A stretch of 64,000 nucleotides of DNA from Terriglobales bacterium (GTDB lineage: Bacteria > Acidobacteriota > Terriglobia > Terriglobales > Acidobacteriaceae). Positions 27,676 through 38,841 of this stretch are shown here, piece by piece. The stretch lies in the NCBI GenBank assembly GCA_038254805.1, contig JBBSFW010000001.1, positions 36,662 through 100,661 of the forward strand, written 5' to 3'. A program made the position numbers and the translations under genes. How positions within the stretch are numbered: the stretch's first letter is position 1; every line of letters begins with the position of its first letter. The notes below the pieces were generated by a model. The model was not told the origin of the DNA, did not search any database, and saw nothing but the letters and a program-made list of their open reading frames with translations.

Positions 27676-28839
27676 ATGGCAATCCCCATCCGCTATAACA
27701 TTCGCAACATGGTCCTGCGCAAGGGTCTCACGCTCATGACGGCGCTGGGAATCGCGCTGACCGTCATGACGGCAGTGTTTCTGATGATGCTGCTCGCCGG
27801 AATGCAGAAAGCCTTCGTTTCGAGCGGTGATCCGCTAAATGTATTAGTCATGCGCAAGGGCTCGACTTCGGAACTTGCGGGCGGCTTCACCAAGGACAAG
27901 CTGCCCATCCTCAAAGAACTTCCCGGCATCGCCAAAGACAGCCACGGGGAGCCGCTGGTCTCGGGTGAATGGGTGGTTGTAGTAGTTCTTCCGCGTAAAG
28001 ACGGAAGTGGCGAAGTCAACGTCACATTGCGCGGTATGGGAGCGGATGGACTGGAACTACGCCGCAACCTGAGGCTGGTGGAAGGACATTGGTTCACGAC
28101 CGGCCAGCACGAGGTGGTTGTCAGCCAGGCCATTCACAATCGCTTTTCCCACACCAACGTCGGCGATATGCTGGATTTCGGAAAGGGACCGTGGAAGGTC
28201 ACCGGTATCTTTGACGCCGGAGGATCTGCTTATGACTCCGAAATTTGGGGCGAAGTAAATCAGGTTGCCGACCAGTTCAACCGCCAGAATGCGATTGGGT
28301 CCGCTTATCTGCGGGCCACTGATCCAATCGCAGCCGACGCGCTGCGACATCGGGTGGCGGACGACCAGCGACTGGAACTGGAGGGCGCGTTAGAGACCGA
28401 GTATTACGAGAAGCAGACCCGGTCCGGCGCGCCAATACGTTTCATGGGCTACATTGTTGGGCTCACGATGGCGATTGGATCCATTTTCGCGGCGGCCAAC
28501 ACCATGTACGCTGCCGTGGCTTATCGCTCGCGTGAAATTGCGACACTGCGGGTGATTGGCTTTCGCAGGGGCAGCATCCTGGCATCGTTTGTTTTCGAGT
28601 CAGTCCTGCTGGCCCTGCTGGGAGCAGCAGCGGGTATCATTCTGATGCTGCCGTTCAACGGCATGAGCACTGGCACTTCGAACGCGGTCACCTTCAGCGA
28701 GATAGTTTTCAGCATGCGCATTACGCCCCAGGTAGTGGGTTACGCCGTGCTGTTCGCCGTTGTCATGGGACTGATTGGCGGGGTCGCTCCCGCGTGGGGG
28801 GCAGCTCGCCGCGAAATCGTGGCTGCTCTGCGAGACTAA
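27676..28839 (+). CDS. ABC transporter permease, MacB/FtsX type (paralogue)
   Basis: Same architecture as the preceding gene (YRSREIATLRVIGFRR). Confidence 0.8.
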   Translation: MAIPIRYNIRNMVLRKGLTLMTALGIALTVMTAVFLMMLLAGMQKAFVSSGDPLNVLVMRKGSTSELAGGFTKDKLPILKELPGIAKDSHGEPLVSGEWVVVVVLPRKDGSGEVNVTLRGMGADGLELRRNLRLVEGHWFTTGQHEVVVSQAIHNRFSHTNVGDMLDFGKGPWKVTGIFDAGGSAYDSEIWGEVNQVADQFNRQNAIGSAYLRATDPIAADALRHRVADDQRLELEGALETEYYEKQTRSGAPIRFMGYIVGLTMAIGSIFAAANTMYAAVAYRSREIATLRVIGFRRGSILASFVFESVLLALLGAAAGIILMLPFNGMSTGTSNAVTFSEIVFSMRITPQVVGYAVLFAVVMGLIGGVAPAWGAARREIVAALRD

Positions 28840-28857
28840 AGGCGAACCAAAGCTACT

Positions 28858-30222
28858 ATGGCAACTGATACCAAACACAAAGACCTGGAAGGCTTGCGGA
28901 TCGACCGCTCCGCGGCCGTGGCTGGGCCGGGCCCGTCAACCTGGGCAAAGACTTACATTCTCGCCGGGGTCGCGGTCATAGTTCTGTTGGGAATCGGCAC
29001 TCTCGCCTACCGCTTTCTTGCCGGTTCCACTCCCGAGGTGGAGGTGGTTCGGGCCTCGGCTGAAGGCAGTGATATCGGCGGCGTGGTCTTGACCGCGACC
29101 GGCTACATTGTTCCTCACCATAAGATCAACGTGAACTCGAAAGTCACCGGGCGAGTCAAGTGGATCGGGGTCGAGAAGGGCGACAACGTTAAGGAAGGTC
29201 AGATGTTGGTGAAGCTCGAGGATGATGAGTTCCGGGCGCAATACCAGCAGGCAAGGGGCGCGGCCGACAGCGCTCAGGCGTTCATGCTGGAACTGCGCAA
29301 TGGCTCCCGGCCCGAGGAGATCGCGCAATCCCAGCACAACCTGGAGGAAGCCCGGGCTACGCTGGCGAATGACAAGCTGACGCTCGACCGTACCCATGAA
29401 CTGGCGGCCCAGGGCGTGGTTTCCAAGCAGGCGCTGGACGATGCTAAGGCCAAATTCGATTCCGATCAGCAGCGGACAAACTCTTTGGAGAAAATGTTCC
29501 AGCTCTCGAAGCTGGGGCCGCGGGCTGAAGAACTCGCCCGGGCAAAAGGCTCGGTGGGGCAAGCCGAAGGCCAGGCAGCGTACGCGAAGTCGCTGCTCGA
29601 TGCAACTGTGATTCGGGCGCCGGTAAACGGCACGATTCTCGAGCGTACGGCGGAAAAGGGCGAGCTGATTACCGCACAGTTTGCCAGCTCAGCCGAAGGC
29701 GGTCCGCAAGGCTCAGTCGTGTCGCTGGCGGATTTGAGTGACATCCAGGCTGACCTTGACATTGCCCAGGATGATTTTGCCAAGCTCACGCCGCGCCAGA
29801 AAGCTGACATTCGGATCGATGCCTTTCCGGACCGCAAGTACAGCGGCGAAATCGCCGAGATTTCTCCCGAAGCCAATCGCCAAAAAGCTACGGTGGAAAT
29901 TAAAGTGCAAATCCTGAATCCAGACTCTTTTTTGCGCCCGGAGATGAACACCACGGTGCGCTTCCTGGCGGAAGAGAAAACGCATACCAGCTCGCAACCC
30001 GCGGGCGCGTTCGTGCCCACCGCAGCGGTACGGGAAGGGGATGGAAAAAAGTTTGTTCTCATCGCCTTCAGCGGCAAAGCGATGAGGCGCGAGGTCAAGG
30101 TCATTTCGCAACGCAGCGGCGGGGCACTAGTAAGCGGCTTGAACGGCGGCGAAACCGTCATCACCACCGCGCCGGAGAATTTGAAAGATGGAGACAAAAT
30201 CAAGATTAAAGGACAGTCATGA
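28858..30222 (+). CDS. efflux periplasmic adaptor subunit (HlyD/MacA family)
   Basis: N-terminal TM, a lipoyl-like region ([27 protein letters not shown]), coiled coil, then a beta-barrel ([11 protein letters not shown]). Confidence 0.85.
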   Translation: MATDTKHKDLEGLRIDRSAAVAGPGPSTWAKTYILAGVAVIVLLGIGTLAYRFLAGSTPEVEVVRASAEGSDIGGVVLTATGYIVPHHKINVNSKVTGRVKWIGVEKGDNVKEGQMLVKLEDDEFRAQYQQARGAADSAQAFMLELRNGSRPEEIAQSQHNLEEARATLANDKLTLDRTHELAAQGVVSKQALDDAKAKFDSDQQRTNSLEKMFQLSKLGPRAEELARAKGSVGQAEGQAAYAKSLLDATVIRAPVNGTILERTAEKGELITAQFASSAEGGPQGSVVSLADLSDIQADLDIAQDDFAKLTPRQKADIRIDAFPDRKYSGEIAEISPEANRQKATVEIKVQILNPDSFLRPEMNTTVRFLAEEKTHTSSQPAGAFVPTAAVREGDGKKFVLIAFSGKAMRREVKVISQRSGGALVSGLNGGETVITTAPENLKDGDKIKIKGQS

Positions 30223-30929
30223 GCACAGCGATTGCAGCCGACGTTGCCACTCAAACCAAAGTTGTCCAGGCCAGAAACGTCAGCAAGATTTTCAAGCGCG
30301 ATGCTTTTCAGGTGAAGGCGCTGGATGACGTTTCCATTGAAATCGCGGGCGGCGAGTTCCTTGCACTGATGGGACCATCAGGCTCGGGAAAAACCACGCT
30401 GCTGAACATGATCGCGGCCATCGATCGGCCGACAGCGGGCGAACTGCTCGTGCTGGGCCAAAACATTTTCACCTTCAGCGATACGCAGTCGGCTAAGTGG
30501 CGCAATGAGCACATCGGATATGTTTTTCAGACCTTCAACCTTATTCCGGTGCTCACCGCGTTTGAGAATGTCGAATTGCCGCTGCTGCTTACGAAATTGA
30601 ATGGGCAGCAACGGCGGGAGCACGTGATGACCGCGCTGAAACTGGTCGGGCTGGAGGATCGCGTTCACCATTTGCCTAAGCAGCTCTCCGGCGGGCAGGA
30701 GCAACGCGTAGCCATCGCCCGGGCCATCGTCAGTGATCCCACCCTGATACTCGCGGACGAGCCGACCGGTGATCTCGACAGCCACTCCGCCACTGAAGTT
30801 CTCGAGATCCTGAAACGGCTGAATGAGGATTTCCATAAAACGGTGGTCATGGTGACTCACGACCCCCATGCTGCGTCGTATGCGCACGTCACTAGGCATC
30901 TGGAAAAGGGCATGTTGCTGGCGGCGTAA
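30219..30929 (+). CDS. ABC transporter ATP-binding protein (MacB/LolD-like)
   Basis: Walker [10 protein letters not shown], signature LSGGQEQRV, Walker [13 protein letters not shown] overlap with the adaptor gene. Confidence 0.9.
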   Translation: MSTAIAADVATQTKVVQARNVSKIFKRDAFQVKALDDVSIEIAGGEFLALMGPSGSGKTTLLNMIAAIDRPTAGELLVLGQNIFTFSDTQSAKWRNEHIGYVFQTFNLIPVLTAFENVELPLLLTKLNGQQRREHVMTALKLVGLEDRVHHLPKQLSGGQEQRVAIARAIVSDPTLILADEPTGDLDSHSATEVLEILKRLNEDFHKTVVMVTHDPHAASYAHVTRHLEKGMLLAA

Positions 30930-30946
30930 CGACTCTCCCAAAGAAT

Positions 30947-30977
30947 AAGCCCGGTTTCGATCCCGGGCTTTTTCTTT
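30947..30977 (+). terminator. rho-independent terminator
   Basis: AAGCCCGG-tttcgatc-CCGGGCTT followed by TTTCTTT, immediately after the ABC operon. Confidence 0.7.
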
Positions 30978-30992
30978 CACGTGCGCACTAGC

Positions 30993-33159
30993 TCATTTCG
31001 CCGGCTGGAACTCCGGCATCCCGAACTGCCAGAACAGGAAGGCCAACTCATCTGCCAACTCCACGTCGCGCTGTGACTTCGTCGAGCCCATGCCGTGGCC
31101 GGCATCATAATCCACGCGCAGCAGCACCGGCATCTTGCTGGTAGTTGCGGCCTGCAGCCGCGCGGCCATCTTGGCCGCCTGCCAGGGAGCCACGCGAGGA
31201 TCATTGGCGCCGGTCGTTAGCAGCACCGCAGGATACGCAGCCGATTTCACGTGCTGGTACGCGTCCATCGCGTAGAGCGCCTTAAAACCGTCCGGCTCTT
31301 TCACGGTACCGAATTCCGGGATATTCGCTGGACCACTGGCCATCAGCTCGGAACGCAACGCATCGGAATCACCGACGCGGATCAGCGCTGCCGCGAACAG
31401 ATCAGGATGCTGCGTGAGCGCTCCGCCGATGGTAATCCCCCCAGCGCTGGTCCCCTCTCCCGCGAGCTTGGGCGTAGATGTGTACTTATTGGCGATCAGG
31501 TACTGCGCGCACGCAACAAAATCGTCAACCGTGTGCTGCTTGGTCAGCATGCGCCCGGCATTGTGCCAGTCTTCCCCGTACTCGCCCCCGCCACGTACGT
31601 GGGCGGCCGCGTAGATTCCCCCCCGCTCGAGAAAAGCGAGCCACGTGGGACGAAATACCGGGTCGATGGTGATGCCATAGGCGCCGTAGCCCTCGAGCCA
31701 TGTAGGATTCGATCCGTCCATCTTGATCTCGCGCTTATGCACGATCGAGAGCGGCACCATGGTCCCGTCTGCGCTCTTGGCCTTCACTTCTTCGGAGACA
31801 ATTTGGGAAAAATCCACCGGCGAAGGTGGAACGATGTGGGTGTCCTGAACTTTCCCCGACTTGGCATCCAGCGCATACCAGATTGGGGGTTTGGTCCATC
31901 CCACCAGCTCCAGCCATGCGCCCGGCTGGGTGGGATTGGTGACCAGTGCCTGTATCGCTCCCTCAAATGGCAAGGTGACGGATTCCGCGCTGCCAGACCC
32001 ATAAGGCAAGCGCCGCAATTTTCCAAGACCCCCATCAAGGTCCTGCACATAAAGACCATCCGCCGCAGCGGAGATGTTAACGATCACCGGCTCCCCCGGG
32101 GGGGACCACCAGCGCAGCCTTCTCCAGATCCGGAGTCGAAAGGCTGGTGCGCAGAACTTTGAAACGAGACGCGTCTTTGTGGGACAGCAGAAAAAGATCG
32201 TCGCCATGAATGTCGAATCCGGTAATGTCCTGCGAGTCGTCGGCGACTTTCTTCCACGGCGTGTTAGGCGTCGGCGTGCCCTCGAATGGAGCTACATAGA
32301 TATCTTTTTCGTTCTTGACGCCGTGAATCACGAGGCCGACCATCGCTTTGGGAGCGGCGGGCGAATAAATCACCACCGGGAAATCGTCTTCTGTAACCTT
32401 CACGTTGGGCGTGAAGGCGAATCCGAAAATCTGAGTATCTTTCTCCGGGTCGTTTCCAAGAGTGTGCCGATAGACGCGCAACTTCTGATATTTCGCGGTT
32501 GGCGGATCGGTCGGCCCAAGCTTTTGAGTGCGGGTCATGAAGAATGATTTCCCGTCGGAAAGCCAGGCTGGCTGACCGAATTGTGCGCGGTCGATGACGT
32601 CGCTCAGGGCCTTGCCGGTGGCGGTTTCCAGCACATGAAGGACGCTGTCCTCCGATCCTCCGGGAGAGAGGCCATAGGCGACGTACCGGCCGTCCAGCGA
32701 CGGCTGGAAATAGTCAATGGAGAAATGTTTGCCATCCGCCGTTGTGAGCTTTTCAGGGTCGACCAGAAGGCGCTCAGGGGCGCTCACCGTGTCGCGAACG
32801 TAGAGTTTGCGATTGTCAGAACCGGGCTCGGTTTTCAAATAAACGTAATGTCCGCCCCAGACTTGAAGGCTGGAGACAACAGATCCGGCATTGTCCAGTG
32901 ACTTGACGCGATCGAGCAGTTGCTGGCGTCCGGGAATCTTCGATAGGGCTTCTCGGGTGTAGTCGTCCTGGGCCTTCATCCAGGAGACAACCTCGGCCTG
33001 CGAAGTGTTTTCCAGCCAGCGATACGGATCTGTCACTTTCGTTCCGAAATAATCCTCCGTCACTTCGCGGACCGGAGTTTTTGGTAATTGGACCTGGGCG
33101 AAGGTAAGTCCAGAAACAAACAGAGCCAAGACCAGGCAGGGAAAAGTCAGACGTCGCAT
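30993..33159 (-). pseudogene. prolyl oligopeptidase (S9A), split by a +1 frameshift in a homopolymer tract
   Basis: The N-terminal propeller ORF is 32077-33159 (signal peptide; DPYRWLE). The catalytic ORF is 30993-32207 (GEGTSAGGITIGG, ...VDYDAGHG). The frames meet at plus-strand C5G7 (32093-32104). Removing one base gives ...ALVVPPGEPVIVNISAAADGLYV... Confidence 0.8.
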
Positions 33160-33226
33160 AGTGATTCCTCTATTCAGAATTCCGAAGCAGGTTTAGACGT
33201 TTAGCCGCTGAAAACGGTGGCTCAGA

Positions 33227-33240
33227 ATGGAATATTCCAT
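33227..33240. promoter_or_regulatory. perfect 14-bp palindrome ATGGAATATTCCAT, a candidate operator
   Basis: Read directly from the sequence. It lies 68 nt upstream of the oligopeptidase ATG (33159), in the 109-bp spacer after the amidohydrolase gene. Confidence 0.3.
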
Positions 33241-33268
33241 CCACTAGCCATACGCAAGCTGCATCGGA

Positions 33269-35002
33269 TTAGTTCGACTCATACACCGTTCTACCGCCAA
33301 CCACGGTTCGCAGCACGCGGGTGGCGAGAATTTGCGCCGGGGGGATGGTAGTCAGGTCACGGTCTAACACCACGAAATCGGCCAGCATCCCCGGAGCGAG
33401 CGCTCCCTTTTCCTTTTCAGAAAATTCCGCATAAGCCGATCCAGTCGTATAAGCCGCGATTGCTTGCTCGATGGTGAGCTTCTGCTCAGGATAATATTCC
33501 TGTTTGCCGTCTTCACTCTTGCGGGTCACCGCAATATACAACCCGCGGAACGGGGCCACCGGCTCAACCGGGTAGTCCGTTCCGAATGCAAGGACCACCG
33601 AGTGATTCACAAATTCCGCCCAAGCATAAGAATGCGCTGCCCTGGCGGGCCCCAGCCTCGACTCCGCCCAACGCATGTCGGTCAGAAGATGACTGGGCTG
33701 CATGGAAGCGATGACCTTCATCTCGCGAAAACGGAGTACCTGTTGCGGATTCGTGACCTGGGCATGCTCGATGCGTAGACGGTAATTCTCTGTTCCGTCC
33801 TGGGCTTTCACTCCCTGCTGGCGGGCGGTGTTCTCCGCTTCCCCGAAAGCCGCAACCGCCATGGCGACAGCCTTGTCGCCGATCGCGTGAAAGCCAATTT
33901 GGAATCCCACAGCCAGGCGTTCTTTGGACATTTGGTTCAGCTTAACCTGTTCGTAGCGCGGCAGCCCAGAGTTCCTGGGATCGTCGGCATAAGGCAGCAG
34001 CAGCGACGCCGTGTGAGAGCCGAGCGAGCCATCCAGGAAGCCCTTCAGCATCCCCGTGCGCAGCATGTAATCTGAGCGCGGGTGCGACGCGCGCCGCTGT
34101 GTCAGAGTCTGGAGCGAGCCGGTAAATGGCAGCCACTCGGAAATTCGGGCGGTCAGCTTCCCCTCGCGCTCCAGTTGCTCAAAAACTTCGAAATCATCCC
34201 AGTAGCGTTCGCCGTTTTCGGCGTCGGAGTTGTCCTGCACGGAGGTCACGCCCGAGCTTGCAATGTCCTGCAATGCGGCTTCAATCGCCTGGCGGCGCCG
34301 TACTGGCGTTGGGGGGGGGATAATCGGCGCCACCAGGTCGCGTGCCGTCTCGCGCAAAATTCCGTTTGCTTGTCCACTGAGATCGCGTCCGATTTCGCCA
34401 CCGGGGGGAGCTTTGCTGGCGAGCGTAACTTTGGCGATTCTCAGGGCGAGGGTGTTGGCGACGTCCACATGTCCATCGATTCGCCCAAGCAAAACCGGGT
34501 GATCGCTCGTGACCTCATCTATATCCCAGCGCGTGGGCAACTTCTTTTCATGCCACAGGGTCTCATCCCAGCCGGAGCCTACAATCCACTCTGTGGGTTG
34601 TGCCACCTCTACCCTTTTCCGGATTCGTTCACGAAACTCTGCCAGTGAGCGGGTGCCGGTCAGATCGACAGTCAGCCGCTTGAACCCAGCATCGGCGAGA
34701 TGAGTATGAGCATCATTGAATCCCGGCATCACGAAGTTTCCATGAAGATCGACGACCGTAGTGGCCGAGCCTTTCAGTTTCATCACTTCGGCATCGCTTC
34801 CGATGGCGAGGATACGATCTCCGCGAACGGCCATGGCTTGCGCCCGCTGGACCTCCTGGAACGAGGACGCGCCGCTCACGCCGGTGTAAAGATTCCCATG
34901 GATGAATATGACATCTGCCCTGGCTGTGGCGGGCTGAGTTTGTGTTTTCATGCCGCTGTTGAAAAAAACCAGCGCGGCGACGAGGAAAGATTTTTGCCTC
35001 AC
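33269..35002 (-). CDS. amidohydrolase family protein (Amidohydro_3-type metal-dependent hydrolase), secreted
   Basis: Signal peptide, then IHGNLYTG...MPGFNDAHTHL...GFHAIGD...IEHAQ...GTDYPVE. The GTG start overlaps the upstream TGA (GTGA). Confidence 0.75.
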   Translation of the reverse strand: MRQKSFLVAALVFFNSGMKTQTQPATARADVIFIHGNLYTGVSGASSFQEVQRAQAMAVRGDRILAIGSDAEVMKLKGSATTVVDLHGNFVMPGFNDAHTHLADAGFKRLTVDLTGTRSLAEFRERIRKRVEVAQPTEWIVGSGWDETLWHEKKLPTRWDIDEVTSDHPVLLGRIDGHVDVANTLALRIAKVTLASKAPPGGEIGRDLSGQANGILRETARDLVAPIIPPPTPVRRRQAIEAALQDIASSGVTSVQDNSDAENGERYWDDFEVFEQLEREGKLTARISEWLPFTGSLQTLTQRRASHPRSDYMLRTGMLKGFLDGSLGSHTASLLLPYADDPRNSGLPRYEQVKLNQMSKERLAVGFQIGFHAIGDKAVAMAVAAFGEAENTARQQGVKAQDGTENYRLRIEHAQVTNPQQVLRFREMKVIASMQPSHLLTDMRWAESRLGPARAAHSYAWAEFVNHSVVLAFGTDYPVEPVAPFRGLYIAVTRKSEDGKQEYYPEQKLTIEQAIAAYTTGSAYAEFSEKEKGALAPGMLADFVVLDRDLTTIPPAQILATRVLRTVVGGRTVYESN

Positions 35003-36258
35003 TTCCTCGCTCCCGCCAGGGCCAAAACAATCAGCAGAATACGCTGCAGGCCCAGATCTCTTCCGGTGGTGTCAAACCACTCGTGCAGAGTGTGGGCTCC
35101 GCCTCCCGCCCCCCCGGCGCCGATGGCGATGGCTTCGCGACCCAGTGATATTGGGATGTTGGCGTCGGTTGATGCTCTCTGAATGTGTGAACTGTTCCCC
35201 AAGTGGGCGTCTACGGCTCTAGCGATCTGAAGAATCCGTGCGTGCGGGTCGAGTTGCCCCCCGGGCCGATCCCCAATAGAAGCGATTTCGGCCTTCAATT
35301 CGAAGCTTCCCGGGGATCCGGCGCGGATTTCCACGCCACGCGTTTCTTCTTCCTGGACTGCCTTTTCGCTTGCCCGGCGCAACTCCAGTTCCAGGCGTTC
35401 AATTTCAAAACCAGAGGTGGAGCGAATGTCCACGCGCATGCTGGCGGACTCGGGAATGGAATTGACCGAGGTGCCTCCGCGAATGATCCCTATATTGAAT
35501 GTGGTTTTCGGCGAGGCAGCGACGTGGGTTTGGGAGAAAAGATGAATGGCGCGAGCCAGGGCAACGATAGGATTGGGTGCGCCGAAGTCGCTCCAGGAGT
35601 GACCTCCCGGACCTCGAATCACAACTTCAAATCGCCGGCTGCCCAGGGCTTCGGCAACAATGGTCTCGCAGCCCGCTCCGTCCAGCACCACGCTGGCGCA
35701 AACGGAGTCTTTGAGCGGTGAATTCGCAAAAAGATACCGCATGCCGCGCAGATCGCCCTCTCCTTCTTCTCCCACATTCCCGATGAATAGGAGCGCCAAT
35801 TCGTGCGGCAGATTGAATTTCGTAAACGCCCCGGCAATCGCCAGCAGGGCAGTGACGCCGGCGGCGTTATCAGCGATGCCGGGCCCATAAAGGCGGGAGC
35901 CATGCCATCGCACGTTCAGAGGAGTATTGGCGGGGAAAACGGTATCCAGATGTGCGCTGATGGAAATATATGAGTTCTCTACGGCGGGCCGCGAGCCAAA
36001 AATGTTCCCTACACTGTCGTTTTCGACGTTAAGAAGCCCGAGCTCGCGGAACTGGTCAGCGATCCAGTCCGCGCGCCTGCCTTCGCCAAATGGGGGAGCA
36101 GGGATTCTGGCCAAATCCAATTGCCAGCGGGCGAATCGGACTTCTTCGTCTCGCAACCACTGGATTGCGGACCGCACCTCAGGGATTTCGGCGAGACGTG
36201 CGATTTCCTGCTGAAGGGACGACAGCATTTCGAGCGAGGAACGCGGAGCCGGACTCAT
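34999..36258 (-). CDS. M20 family metallopeptidase
   Basis: SAHLDTVFP, GIADNAAGV, VGEEGEGDLRG and a C-terminal HTLHE are M20/peptidase T-like metal ligand motifs. Confidence 0.75.
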   Translation of the reverse strand: MSPAPRSSLEMLSSLQQEIARLAEIPEVRSAIQWLRDEEVRFARWQLDLARIPAPPFGEGRRADWIADQFRELGLLNVENDSVGNIFGSRPAVENSYISISAHLDTVFPANTPLNVRWHGSRLYGPGIADNAAGVTALLAIAGAFTKFNLPHELALLFIGNVGEEGEGDLRGMRYLFANSPLKDSVCASVVLDGAGCETIVAEALGSRRFEVVIRGPGGHSWSDFGAPNPIVALARAIHLFSQTHVAASPKTTFNIGIIRGGTSVNSIPESASMRVDIRSTSGFEIERLELELRRASEKAVQEEETRGVEIRAGSPGSFELKAEIASIGDRPGGQLDPHARILQIARAVDAHLGNSSHIQRASTDANIPISLGREAIAIGAGGAGGGAHTLHEWFDTTGRDLGLQRILLIVLALAGARK

Positions 36259-36406
36259 GAGCCAATGGCCATCTTACAACCAAATCCGCGAGAATATAGT
36301 CAGCAGCCGGCCTTTCAATTTCGCACCTCGCGCTTTCCGCCCGCATCTTCTTTTTGCCGCATCTAAGATTGGGTAGGCGAAAGCAGCATCGTTTGCCGAT
36401 AAATCT

Positions 36407-37249
36407 ATGAAATCACCCCGCTTCGCTGTTCCGCTGATGGCGTTACTGATCGCCTGCGCGACTTTTGCCTGGTCGCAGGAAGGCCCCCTGGTTCCCGATC
36501 CTCCGAAAGGGATTGCGCCGCAGGATATCATTCCGAAGTTTGCCGCCAAAGAGAAGCAGTTTAGAGAGGCGCGCGACCTGTATACATTTCGTCAGGATGT
36601 GCGAGTGCAGACGCTGGACGGGGATACCGTCACCGGAGAATACCGCGAGGTCTTCGACGTCACTTACGACAACCAGGGGCGGCACCTGGAGAATGTAGTC
36701 TTTGCCCCGCAGAATTCCCTCAGCGAAATCATGATGTCACCCGAGGACTTGCAGGACATCCGGCACCTGCTGCCCTTCGTGCTGACCTCTGACGAAATTC
36801 CCGAATACGACATTCTCTACGTCGGCCAGCAGCAGGAGGATGAGCTGCACTGCTATGTATTCGACATCGCGCCAAAGAAGATTGAAGGCAAGAAGCGCTA
36901 TTTCCAGGGACGAATCTGGGTGGACGATCACGATCTGCAAGTGGTTAAAACCTCAGGTAAAACCGTTCCGGATATCCGGAAGAAGAGCAACGAAAACCTT
37001 TTTCCAAAGTTTGCGACCTGGCGAGAGCAGGTGGACGGGCAGTACTGGTTTCCGGCCTACACCATGGCCGATGACACTTTGCATTTTCGTAAGGGGGCCT
37101 ATCAGGATGTACACATCCGGGAAATCATCAAGTACACCGATTACAAGCGCTTCGGTTCCAAGGTGAAGATCACGTACGAAGGACGGGAACTGCCCAAAGA
37201 GCAGGAGAAAGAGCCAAGTCAGAAAACGGAGCCGCAGAAGCCCCAGTAA
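36407..37249 (+). CDS. secreted hypothetical protein, possibly LolA-like/outer-membrane lipoprotein-sorting fold
   Basis: Signal peptide (MALLIACATFAWSQ), a beta-rich body and a Lys/Glu/Pro-rich tail. The family assignment is weak. Confidence 0.4.
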   Translation: MKSPRFAVPLMALLIACATFAWSQEGPLVPDPPKGIAPQDIIPKFAAKEKQFREARDLYTFRQDVRVQTLDGDTVTGEYREVFDVTYDNQGRHLENVVFAPQNSLSEIMMSPEDLQDIRHLLPFVLTSDEIPEYDILYVGQQQEDELHCYVFDIAPKKIEGKKRYFQGRIWVDDHDLQVVKTSGKTVPDIRKKSNENLFPKFATWREQVDGQYWFPAYTMADDTLHFRKGAYQDVHIREIIKYTDYKRFGSKVKITYEGRELPKEQEKEPSQKTEPQKPQ

Positions 37250-37279
37250 CTTTGGCTCTGCTTGCAGCGGACGCGAAGG

Positions 37280-37885
37280 CTAGTAAAACAGATACTTCCG
37301 CCAGCGATCGTCTGAGCGGCCCATCAATCGCATAATATGACGGCTGGTATGCAGGTTGAAGGCGTGCGGTTCACGTAATAACCTCATTTCCGCTTCCAGC
37401 GGCAGGTGGTTGCCTTTTCGCCGGTTGCATGGATGGCAGCAGGCTACTAGATTTTCCCAACTGGAGGCTCCGCCGCGCGAGCGCGGCACAACGTGATCGA
37501 GCGTCAACTCACTGGCAGAGAGCACTTCAGCGCAATACTGGCAGGTGTTGCGGTCGCGCAGAAGGATATTTTTGCGCGAAAGAGCACGCGTCTGGTGGGG
37601 GATGCGACGATATTCCAACAGGCGAATAACTGACGGCACGCGCAATGCCAGGCGCGCGGCGTGAAGGAAGTGACCGTTCTCCTCCTCCGCCATTGCCACG
37701 CCTTTTAATACCAGCACGATTGCACGTCGCGCAGCGCAGACGTTGATCGGCTCATAAGAGGCATTCAGGACCAATACCGGAGCATGCAGCGCGTGGACAT
37801 CGCTCTCCTGATGAAAGGCAAACACCGCTGGCGTGAGCGAATGCCGCGAATGCTCACCTCCCGAATTGTGCCTGTGTCCTGACAT
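37280..37885 (-). CDS. HNH endonuclease
   Basis: [44 protein letters not shown] is an HNH/McrA-type motif. The ATG at 37885 begins 2 nt after the comF stop. The ORF-track start at 37978 overlaps comF. Confidence 0.8.
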   Translation of the reverse strand: MSGHRHNSGGEHSRHSLTPAVFAFHQESDVHALHAPVLVLNASYEPINVCAARRAIVLVLKGVAMAEEENGHFLHAARLALRVPSVIRLLEYRRIPHQTRALSRKNILLRDRNTCQYCAEVLSASELTLDHVVPRSRGGASSWENLVACCHPCNRRKGNHLPLEAEMRLLREPHAFNLHTSRHIMRLMGRSDDRWRKYLFY

Positions 37886-37887
37886 TT

Positions 37888-38622
37888 TTATGATGCCTGA
37901 AGCGCAGTTGCAAACTCCGGCTCGATTGCGTGCCCCGCATCGGCATTCTTCAGCGTGCGCGCCACCGTAGCAACCCACACGCGCTCAGCTCCTGCATTTA
38001 GAAGAACTCGAGCGCATTCCGAAGCGGTGGTCCCGGTGGTGAGAACATCATCCACGAGAATGAGGCGCTGGCCCCTAATCCGGCTTGCGTGCGCGACGCG
38101 GAAAGCTCCACGGATGTTTTCAATGCGCTGCGGACGGGTGAGGCCGATCTGCGAGGCTGTCTCCCGCCGCCGCTCCAGGATGCCGGCAGCCACCTTCGCG
38201 CCTTCAACCTTAATCTCCCTCAGGGCTGCACGAGCAATCAGCTCTGCCTGGTTGAATCCCCGGTGCCGGCGTTTGGAAGAATGCAGCGGCACTGGCACCA
38301 GCGTCATCGAACCCTGGCTGGGCGGCAGCTTGGTAATGGCCTTGGCCAGCATCTCCCCTAAAGGCTTCGCGGCGGAAACGACTTGCTCGTATTTCAACAA
38401 GTGAATCAGCTCCCGCAGTTCGCCATCGTATGAGCCGTACGCCGAGGCTGTAGCAAAGTGCGGCCTCTTGGCCGAGCAAGCCGCGCAAAGTTGATCAAGC
38501 GTGGGCGACGGTATTGCTGAAAGTCTCTCCCCGCAGAGCTTGCAGGTTGGACCGGGGATAGCTTGTATTGCAGAAAGGCACTGTCGGCATACTGGCAATC
38601 GTGAAATATTTTCCAGAGGCAC
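37888..38622 (-). CDS. comF: ComF family protein (phosphoribosyltransferase domain)
   Basis: N-terminal Cys4 (CRQC...CKLCG...CAAC) and a PRTase motif [16 protein letters not shown]. Confidence 0.8.
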   Translation of the reverse strand: MPLENISRLPVCRQCLSAIQAIPGPTCKLCGERLSAIPSPTLDQLCAACSAKRPHFATASAYGSYDGELRELIHLLKYEQVVSAAKPLGEMLAKAITKLPPSQGSMTLVPVPLHSSKRRHRGFNQAELIARAALREIKVEGAKVAAGILERRRETASQIGLTRPQRIENIRGAFRVAHASRIRGQRLILVDDVLTTGTTASECARVLLNAGAERVWVATVARTLKNADAGHAIEPEFATALQAS

Positions 38623-38841
38623 GCCGCAAATGCGGCAATCGGAGGGAAAAAGCGCAGCGAACAGGCCCTGGATGACGGTGGCCGCACCCGCAACCCCTAG
38701 ATTTAGCAGGTTTCGCCCCGCGAGAACGGTCGAACGAGTTGTGTCTGCGGTACTGCTGAAGACCGACCTCCCTCGCCCAGCGCCTGGTTAGGCTCCAGCC
38801 GGACGATCCTCACCCAGTATAACTAGGCGGCAAGCAATCGT

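Noticed and set aside
29466-30254. 262-aa ORF on the minus strand
   Set aside because: It lies antisense to the HlyD-family adaptor gene. It has a Ser/Ala/Arg-rich shadow-frame composition.
37280-37885. HNH endonuclease as part of a mobile element, homing element or restriction-modification system
   Set aside because: No adjacent methyltransferase, integrase, transposase, intron or intein context, or flanking repeats. The gene is embedded in an operon with comF.
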